64,000 nucleotides of DNA, taken from the NCBI GenBank assembly GCA_043228905.1, contig JBHGNT010000011.1:3348001-3412000 (forward strand). Reading direction: 5' to 3'. The notes below the pieces were generated by a model that had not been told where the DNA came from, made no database searches, and saw only the letters and a program-made list of their open reading frames with translations. Source of the stretch: Azolla caroliniana. Its lineage: Eukaryota; Plantae; Polypodiophyta. Each line of letters starts with the position of its first letter. Position 1 is the first letter of the stretch. The translations under genes and the position numbers were made by a program. Positions 1-9,748 of the stretch are shown here, piece after piece.

Positions 1-2855
1 ACCAGAAAAAATGATAATGCACCTCGATGTGCTTAGTCTAGGCGTGAAAGACGGGGTTGTCGCAATAGATCGTCGTCGGATCAGACACCTCCACTCGCAA
101 ATTCTTCAAGAGCCTTTTTAGCCATATGGCTTCATCTGTTGTGACAACTGCTCCTCGGTGCTCGACAGTGCTATTGTCGGTTGCTTCTTATTGCTCCATG
201 CGACCCCGGTGCTTCCAAATGAAAACACATATCCGGATGTAGACCTGCAGGCATCGGTATTTCCGTCCCAATTGGCATCCGTAAAGCCGACAAGTTGTTC
301 GGCTACACCGGCCTAATATAGCAACCCTCGGTCCATAGTGTCGCTGACATATCGCAGGATTCAGTGAGCGCACTAAAGGTGCTCCACGATTCAATGCGCA
401 ATAAATTGATTGATCAATCCGACCGGATAACTGAGGTCCGACCGGGTGATGGTCAGATAGATAAGGCTTCTGACTATCTGTCATAACCTTTTCGAGTCGC
501 ATGCCGGTCCGGAATCGGGGGGAAGCTTCACATTCTGGTCTAGAGGAGTCAAGACGGATTTGCATTCCTTCATACCAAATTTGAAGAGCATACTCAACAC
601 ATAGTGGCGTTGACTGATTAGTATGCCTTCGGGGGTTTAGGGTTTAGGTCTCCTAGATCCTTCATTTCAAATGATGTCGCGAGCTGGGATTTGACGTGGC
701 TGATTTCGTCTAGGTCGGCATCGGCGATGACTAAATCATCAACATAAAGTAAAATACTAACCGGCATCCTCCAACCTTGCCAGATGAAAACTGAAGAGTC
801 CGATTTCGATGGAGCAAACCCCTCCGACGTAGTCTCTGCGTGATCTTGGCGTTCCATGCGCGCGGGGCTTGCTTGAGTCCATAGAGGGACTTCTTCAATC
901 GGCATACAACCGATGTGTTCACTCCAGACTCAAATACGGGGGGTTGAACCATAAATACATGTTCCTCAACATCACCTTGCAGGAACATGTTCTTTACATC
1001 CATCTGATGTAGATGCCACCCCTTCGCCACTGCCACCGCAAGCAAGACACGGACGATCGTCATCTTTGTGACCGGCGCGTACATCTCATCGTAGTCGATG
1101 CCGTGTTGCTCCGTGTAGCCCTTCGTCACTAACCGGGCCTTGTACCGTTTGACGGAGCCGTCGGTGTTGTATTTAACCTTGTATACCCACCAGCAACCGA
1201 TTGACTTCCTCCTATCGGTACATTTTCATAGGGTTTTTCTGGCGGGTGGATCGACGCAATTCCTGATTCACTGATTTCGTAGCCCTCTTGGCCAACGTGG
1301 ACTTCTCTTCCAAAGATCCGTCACTATTTTTTCTGTAGTCGGATTCGCTCCGATCTGACTCGTCTATGCCGATGGCGTATTCCAGCATCTTCTTCTTCCC
1401 CTTCTCTTTGCACAGGGAGAGCACGGCCGAGTCGTCACTACTCGTCGGCTCGTCATCCAGTTGACCACTCCAACTTAATCAGTCCAGATTCGGTCCACTC
1501 ATCCGGAGAGAAGTCTGACTATCTGATTGTTTGGATTCCACGACACTTCTCTCTATTCCAAATTCCATCGGATCATCTACAATAATCGGCTCGGGTTCGG
1601 GCGGAGAGAAGTACCAAGATGCCGATTCATCAAAAAACACATCTTGGCTAACTCGGACCTCTTTCGATCGGGGGTTATAACACTTATAACCCTTCTATTC
1701 ATCCGAGTGGCCAACGAGAATGCACTTTTCGGCTTTCGCGTCTAACTTCCTCCATTTTTTCTTCGATACATGCACATATTGAATGCTACCGAACGCTCGA
1801 AGGTGTGCCAAATTTGGCTTCCGCTCAAAATACAGTTCGTGCGGCGACACCTTTGTCCCTGAGGCAGATATCCGAATTGCTTCGGCCCAATAAAACTTGG
1901 GCATGCTTTTCTCACCAAGCATCGCCCTTGCCACTTCTACCAGCATCCCGTTTCGACGCTCAGCCACACCGTTTTGCTCCGGCATGTATCTGCAAGAGAA
2001 TTCCCGTTGGATTCCCTTCGTCTGCAAATAACTCGTGAACTAGCCGGAAAAGTACTCTTTTCCGCCATTTGATCTTAGACACTTAATCTTTCTTCCAGCT
2101 CACGTTTGACAAGGTTCTTCAAATCTCGGAAACCTGAGAAGACTTTGTTTTTCTTCTCGATTAGATAGATCCAAGTGTGTTGGGTGAAATCGTCGATGAA
2201 GGAGATGAAATACCGACTCCCATCGATATTCACATTTTGTGTCCGTCCCCAGACATCAGAATGGACAAGATCAAGCCGATTCCGACTCTGATTCTTCTCA
2301 TCGGGGAACGGAAGCCTATGTTGCTTCCCGAGCTAGCAAGCTTCACATATTTGGCCTTTCCTGCCACTGAACTTCGGCAGTCTGGAAACTACGTGTTCCG
2401 ACTAAAGCTCGTGAAGCTTGCGGAAATTGATGTGGCCAATCCGCTTGTGCCACAGGTCGATGTCTGAGTCGACCTTATGCTCTTTTGCAAACATAGCGGT
2501 GCCAACATCATTCATCTCGAGGATAAACATCCTCCCGTCTCGACGCCCTTGCGCCTTGCGCAATGACTTTGCCCTCTTCTTCGATGAAGCACTCGAGGTG
2601 CGTGAACCGAACCTGCATCCCTTGATTGACAATCTGTCCAACCGACACTAGATTCTTTATGATTGTCGGGGCATGCATAAAGTTCATCAACTTTCCCTTC
2701 TGCCCGACATGGTGTAGGGGAACCTCTCTTATCTTCTCGATGGTATGTGGGGTGTCGTCTCGGGTTTCGACCACCCCCGGTTGTTCAGGTTTTCCTAGAT
2801 AAGCAAACCACTCCGCGTGGCTTGTCATATGGTTTGACGCTCCGGAATCAACATA
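1..2855 (-). mobile_element. Degenerate Ty1/copia element A (PR-INT-RT-RNaseH remnants); continues at 14277-~14347 beyond the nested element B
   Basis: ORF fragments with copia motifs: LWHKRIGHINF, EQNGVAERRN, KLDAKAEKCILVG, HQMDVK, LYGLKQAPRAW, LYVDDL. The protease motif NEVWYV|DSGASNHM is split by element B. Many stops and frameshifts. Confidence 0.93.
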
Positions 2856-3297
2856 TGTAAAGAGTAGCGTGCGGAAGCAAGTATGAAGACCGAACAGAAG
2901 GGAGGAAACTCAGGTTTAATGGAGAGCTTGAGCTTACGCAGTATATGCGGAAGAGACAAAGACAGAGAGAGTGAGAGAGAGAAACACAAGAACTATATTC
3001 AAAAAGGTACTCAATCTCTATTCACCACTCTATACATATGTGTGTTCAATGAACACTTTTATACAAGTCCTAGAAGGACTGACAGAAGTACTGATAGTAC
3101 TTCAATGCTCATTAAGAGCTCCTACACTAACTCCCAAATATATTCCTCACGGCCTCCCGGTTTACGCACCGATCCGGCCCTACCCACGCACCGGTCTGCG
3201 TACCGGTTTACGCATTTGGCCTAACCGATCGGTCCCAACCGATCCGGTCCTCGGCTTCTTCAGCCGATCCAGCCGATGTTGAGCTTGTCTCTCAACA
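2856..3297 (-). repeat. 3' LTR of copia B (442 bp)
   Basis: TGTAAAG...CTCAACA. Near-identical to 13818-14276 apart from a 17-bp indel and scattered substitutions. Confidence 0.96.
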
Positions 3298-4628
3298 CTC
3301 CCCCTCAAGCTCAACTTGAGGCTCTTCGGGATCTTTGGGCTCACAGCTCCGGTTCCTCCTGGCTTCACGCCTTGCTCGCACTCCTCGACCTGTTCGACTC
3401 CGCGCGCTTCGACCCTTTCGGTCGGCTTGTCTGCTTATGTGGCCCTTATCAACTCTTCTGTTGTTGCAGTGTTGACGCTTCTCCTGCTGCCTTTTCTTCC
3501 GCTTGGGCCTCGGTTGATTCAGCGTATCTAAACCAAACATCCGAACCGACTCGGCTACCTCCGATCGGTTTTCGCTCTCATCCAAGTTGGCTGCCTCCAA
3601 CTTGTCTTCGGTCTTCTCACCCTTGATGGTGTCATCTTCCCTAGGCGTGGTTGGCTTCGGCTTTCTCCTTCGGCTACTCCCCTTCTGTCCGCTTCCGGAC
3701 TTTTCCGCGGGTCCGCCCTCTCCTTCTTCAGCCGATCCGAAGTCGAACTCGACAACCGACTCGGTGTCGCGGTCTCCGCTCCTTTCCTGCTGCTTTGCTT
3801 GGTCTTTGGGGACTGTTCTCCCCCTCAAGTTTGGCACGTCGAGGTGACGCAATCCGAGCGCACCTGAGAATTGCCGCAACTTGTCCAGACCAAGAGGCTT
3901 GGTGAAGATGTCGACAGGCTGCCGATCCGTCGAAACGTACTGAAGTTTGACTTCACCGAAAAGGACACGCTCACGGACGAAATGGTAGTGCACCTCAATG
4001 TTCTTGGTCCGTGCGTGGAAAACAGGGTTTTTCGCGAGCTGGATGCTGCTAAGGTTGTCGCACTAGATCGTCGTCGGATCTGACACCTCCTCTTGCAGGT
4101 CCTTAAGTAGCCGCTTCAACCATATGGCTTCGCATGCCACGACAACCGCTCCTCGGTACTCAGCTTCGGTGCTCGACAGTGCAACTGTTGGCTGCTTCTT
4201 ACTGCTCCATGCGATCGCGGCACTCCCGAGGGAGAACGCGTATCCGGACGTGGATCGGCGATCGGCGGCGTTGCCAGCCCAATCAGCATCGGTGTAGCCG
4301 ACTAACTGCGCGGCTGCACCGGTCCGATATAGCAGTCCCCAGTCCTTAGTGCCGTTGACATACCGAAGTATGCGCTGCGCACACTGAAGGTGCTCCTCGG
4401 TAGGTCGCGCCATGAACTGACTGGTCACTCCGACCGGATAACTGAGGTCGGGTCGGGTGATGGTCAAGTATATGAGGCTTCCGACAATTTGTCGGAATCG
4501 AACCCATGACCTTAGGTTATATGGGTTGAGCTCTTGACCATTAGATCATCTATTGTAATACGTAGGATTATATCTTATTTTCATTTACATTTTATTATAG
4601 GAAATTAGTGTATATTCCAGATTTCTCT

Positions 4629-4648
4629 GGAACATTCTAGAAGCTTCA
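4629..4648 (+). promoter_or_regulatory. Heat-shock-element array in gypsy LTR U3 (repeated in the 3' LTR near 9886-9905)
   Basis: gGAAcaTTCtaGAAgcTTCa gives four perfect alternating nGAAn units about 20 bp upstream of the TATA box. Confidence 0.7.
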
Positions 4649-4923
4649 GGATTACTCCTGAAAACACTATAAAAGAGGGCACTAGGCATTATGTTGAACC
4701 AAATTGGTTCAACGCCAGTCTTAAGCCTTTTAGCCACCATTGTATATTCTCTTCATATAATACATATCTTTCTTATCATCACTCTCTCTCTCTCTCTCAA
4801 TCTCTCTCTTTCTCTCTGTCTCGCTCACTTCTTCCTTCTCTCGAAGAAGTTCCACACCTCTCATAGTACTAATCCTTCGTTTAGTACTAATTCCTTCTCT
4901 GTCTCAGTACTGTTCATGACAGC

Positions 4924-4935
4924 TTGAACCAATTT
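4924..4935 (+). promoter_or_regulatory. Self-priming-type PBS (no tRNA PBS)
   Basis: TTGAACCAATTT, 2 nt after the LTR end, is the exact reverse complement of AAATTGGTTCAA at 4701-4712, about 30 nt downstream of TATAAAA (4668). Confidence 0.75.
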
Positions 4936-4994
4936 TCCTACCTTCTGTCTCTCTCATTTCCTATTAATCTTTTATTCCTCTTTTCTTTCATCCC

Positions 4995-6156
4995 ATGGCC
5001 ACTGTTAGCGCTGAAGAATATCAATCTGTTTTCTCGGAATTTCAATGCTTGAAGGAGAAGTTCCATGCTTTGGAACAAGAAAACCAACGGTTGCTGGGGG
5101 GATCTTCAGCAAATCTCCTTAGAAAAGCAGCAAACGCAACAACAACATGGGGAACTTGCGTTACGCGTGCAACAACTCAAAGCAACCATCATAGCGATGC
5201 AACAACAAGGGCCCGGAACACAAGGGATTCATAAAGAACCCAAGATTGGCCTTCCCACGAAGTTCGATGGAACGCGATCGCAGTTTAGAGGGTTCCTTAA
5301 CCAGGTACGATTAGTTATTCAAATGCATCCTTCCCGATATCCCACTGATGCATCACGAGTGGGTTTAGTAGGCACTTTGTTAAGTGGCTCAACGTTGTCA
5401 TGGTTCGCTCCACTATTAGAAAAGGAATCTCCGTTACTCAACAATTTTGAAGAGTTTCTAGGTAAGTTTAAAGCATGTTTCGGAGATACTGACAGCATCA
5501 GGACCGCAATCAACAAAATCCGGCGATTACACCAAGGTGACCATCCAGCCTCCGCATACGCTGCAGATTTTCGCCTACTCACCGCCGATATCCCTTGGGA
5601 TGATCAAGCGTTGATGGAGCAATTCCGTTATGGTTTACGCAACGACGTCAAGGATTTACTATTGACCTTCCCCGAAGAGCCAAAGTCCTTAATAGAAGCA
5701 ATCAGTCGTGCGGTGAGATGTGACAACTGCCTCTTTGAGCGACGTTCGGAACAACAGCTACAGATGCCGAGGGCAAGATCAGAGCCCACCTACGCCTCAG
5801 TGGTAGCAAGACCTTTTCCGAGGGAGTCATATAATGCGCCTCTAGTGAATACTCCGACTCCGATGGAGATTGACACTACACATCGTCGAGGGCCATTATC
5901 CGAAGAAGAAAAGCAGCAACGCCATACAAATCGACTATGTCTTTACTGCGGTGGACCAGGACATATCGAAATAAATTGCCCCCATAGGCCAAGAAGACAG
6001 GTAAACCAAATAGTCGCTAGTTCTAATTGTACTAAATCCGAGCCTATTTCAGTAGGGATATCTGATAGTCCTAATAGTACTAATAGTACTAATATCCCAG
6101 ATCTAGCAAACAAATTTGATGTCCTTAGTCAGTTAGAAGAAGAGTTAAACGACTAA
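4995..6156 (+). CDS. Gypsy Gag (Ty3/PEG10-like capsid plus CCHC knuckle), apparent 1-nt frameshift in the G run at 5096-5101
   Basis: ATG at 4995 (MATVSAEEY...) switches frame into ORF 5065-6156, which has KFDGTRSQFRGFLNQ and CLYCGGPGHIEINC. Confidence 0.88.
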
Positions 6157-9100
6157 GTCCAGCAAAAATAGGAGCCGTTTGGTTGGACAACCCTAGATCT
6201 GTGCAGCCCATTAGTGGTTCCATTCCCTCTAAGCAAGTTAGTGATGTGTTCGTAGCCCAAGTAATAGTTAGTACTAAAAGTACCCCTCTAGTACATGTCC
6301 TAGCACTCCTAGATTCCAGAGCTAACTCTTGCTTTATGGATAAGAAATTTTCTCAAGCTCATAAGATATCCCTAAGAAAACTCCAGTGTCCAGCCTCTGT
6401 AGTAGTCATTGATGGACGTCCCATTGCTTCCGGAAATATCAGAGAAGAGTCAGAGCCCATTAATATTGTCCTAGATTACTTAGCATGTGTAATATCATTT
6501 AATATTATTAGTATCCCAGAACATCCTATAGTTTTAGGATTACCGTGGTTCGAGTTACATAACCCAGACATAGATTGGAGAACAAGAGAAATCCGGTGTC
6601 GACAAACCCAAGGGTCAACTCAGAAGATGGCAACCATTTCGCTATGTCAGTTGCGTAAAGAAGGGCGCAAGGAGGAAATGTTCCTCTTTGCAATATCAGT
6701 AAACCCCTCCAGCACCACTAAAGAAGAATCCACCGTTCAACTTCCCGAGAAGTATCATCATTACGCCGATGTGTTCGATAAAGTACAAGCCAACACACTT
6801 CCTCATCATCGACCGTACGATTGCCCCATCGATTTACAACCGGGAAAAGAGCCGCCATGGGGACTGATCTACAATTTGTCACCAACCGAGCTGGAAGTCC
6901 TTCGGGCCTATATAGATATATAGAGGAGAATTTGGAAAATGGTTTCATTCGGCATTCGAAATCTCCAGCCGGCGCGCCCATTTTCTTTGTCAAAAAAAAA
7001 GATGGATCGCTTCGTCTCCTTGTAGATTATTGTGGCTTGAATAAGGTTACAATCAGGAATAGGTATGCTCTTCCCCTTATCTCAAGTCTTTTAGAACGGA
7101 TCAATGGTGCCAGGTTCTTCACGAAGATCGACTTACGGGGAGCATATAACCTCGTACGGATCCGACCAGGAGACGAATGGAAGACCGCGTTTCGCACCAG
7201 ATATGGGCACTTCGAGTATACGGTCATGCCGTTCGGCCTCACTAATGTGCCGGCAGTCTTCCAACACATGGCTAATGATATATTCCGAAATCTATTGGAT
7301 GATTGTTTGATCATCTATTTGGATGATCTACTGGTTTATTCAAAGACCCCAGAAGAACATGATTCTCATGTACCATTAGTACTAAAACGACTTCGAGAAC
7401 ATGGTCTGTATGCAAAGCTGGAAAAATGTAGTTTCGGGTGCAACCAAGTGGAATTTCTCGGCTACATCATTTTGTCAGAAGGCATCTCCATGGACCCAAC
7501 TAAGGTCAAAACGGTGGTAGAATGGCAGACTCCGCGTTCAGTGTGGGATGTGCAATGCTTCTTAGGCTTTGCCAATTTTTACCGGAAGTTCATACAAGAT
7601 TACTCAAAGATCGTTCTACCTCTCACACAACTTACCAGGAAGGGACAACCGTTCATCTGGTCTGAAGAAACGAACATGGCTTTCGAGAGTCTTAAAAAGG
7701 CATTTACATCGGCTCTAATTCTAGCTCATGTCGATCCGGAAAAACCATTCATTATCGAAGCTGACGCATCGGATTTTGCATTGGGGAGCATTCTGTCACA
7801 ACAGGGGAATGATGAGAAGCTACATCCTATGGCTTTTCACTCACGCAAGTTTGACGCCGCCGAAATCAACTACGAAATTCATGATAAGGAGCTATTGGCA
7901 ATAGTGGATTCTTTTATGCAATGGAGGCATTTTCTGGAGGGATCCTCTCATCCAGTCACCGTATTTAGTGACCACAAGAATCTTGCCTACTTTCAGGATG
8001 CTCGTGTGTTGAATCGACGTCAAGCTCGGTGGACCCACTTCCTCACGCATTTCGACTTCAAAATTACATATCGTCCGGGGAGGCACCAAGGGAAGGCAGA
8101 TGCATTATCACGACGTTCGTATCTAGCACCCCGTCCCGGCGAGCCAGCTTTCGATAACCAAAAACAAGTCATCTTGGGACTGGCACGACTACAAGCAACA
8201 CAGATCTTTGACATGCCTATGGATTCCCACGTTATCGATACCATACGTGAAGACTTGAAGACAGATGCGTTCGCCCAAGCTATACTAGCACAAATTGATC
8301 CCTCTCGAGCGTCGTGTTCACAATCGCAACCACCAAGTACGGACTATCGGCAATTCAAATACCATGATGGATTACTCTTCTTTAAAGAACTTTTGTATGT
8401 TCCTAATGGTTCTTGCCGCCTTCGAGTAGTACAAAACTGTCATGACACATATACAACTGGGCATTTTGGTAGTACTAAAACATTACATTTAGTACAACGA
8501 ACATTCTGGTGGCCCTGTATGCGACAATTTGTTGAGGATTTTGTTCGGACTTGTGATACATGTTGCAGAGCGAAAATGCCAAGGCATCATCCATATGGTT
8601 TATTAGAACCATTACCAATTCCAAGCAAGCCGTGGCAATCCATTGCTCTAGACTTCATCACAGATCTTCCAGTCTCTAAGGGGTTCAATGCGATTCTAAC
8701 GGTGGTCGATCGATATACGAAGATGGCTCATTTCTTGCCATGTACTAAGGAGATCTCCAGTGAAGACACTGCCGAAATTGTCATGCGTGAAGTATGTCGG
8801 CATCATGGACTTCCCGATAGTATCATCAGCGACCGTGGACCCCAGTTCGTGTCAAAATTCTGGAAGCACCTTTTTAACATGCTCAAGGTCACTTGTAACC
8901 TCTCCTCCGGTTACCACCCACAAACCGACGGCCAAGCTGAACGAACAAATCAAACGTTGGAGCAGTATCTGCGGTGCTTTCTCAGCTATCATCAAGATGA
9001 TTGGGTAGATATTCTCCACTTTGCCGAATTTGCCTATAACAACTCTATCCACGCATCCACTAAAGTTACGCCATTTTATGCTTATACGGGATGTCAGCCC

Positions 9101-9748
9101 CGGTGGAGTGTACTTGAAACCCCAGAGGTGTCCACAAATCCGTGCGCGGAGGATCGTTTGGAGCAGTTACGCAAGATACAAGCGGATTTATCTACTCATC
9201 TCCAGCAAGCTCAACAAACACACAAGGTCTACGCGGATCGTCATCGACTTCCATCCAGTTTTAATATTGGAGATCGGGTGTGGCTGCTACGACAACACAT
9301 CAAGACTACTCGTCCATGTGAGAAGTTAGATTATCGGCGATTAGGTCCTTTCCGTATTATTGGACAGATTAATGATGTCGCTTTTCGTCTCGATCTACCT
9401 CCTCAACTTCGGATACATCCGGTGTTTCATAGTTCTCTCCTCGAACCCTACCATGAGAGCACCATCCCAGGACGTCTTATCCAACCTCCACCCCCGATCG
9501 AGCTTGAAGATGGGCCGGAGTACGAGGTTGCCGCCATCCTTGATTCCAAGATTGTTCGCAACAAGCTCTACTATCTAGTCAATTGGCTAGGCTATAGCCC
9601 CAACGAACGTACTTGGGAACTGATCGAGAATGTGACCAATGCTCGTGCTCTTCTTGAAGACTTCCATCGTCAATATCCACACAAACCAGGTCCTCAATCC
9701 AAGACGACTCGTGACACTCGTCGTTTTAAAGGGGGGATAGTGTCATGA
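6150..9748 (+). CDS. Gypsy Pol: protease (LDSR, degenerate DSG), RT, RNaseH, integrase, chromodomain; frameshifted at 6909-6924
   Basis: ORFs 6183-6923 and 6821-9748 with motifs KIDLRGAYNLVRI, YLDDLLVYS, DASDFALG, HDKELLAIV, SDRGPQF, HPQTDGQAER, GPF, HPVFHSSLL. Confidence 0.95.
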
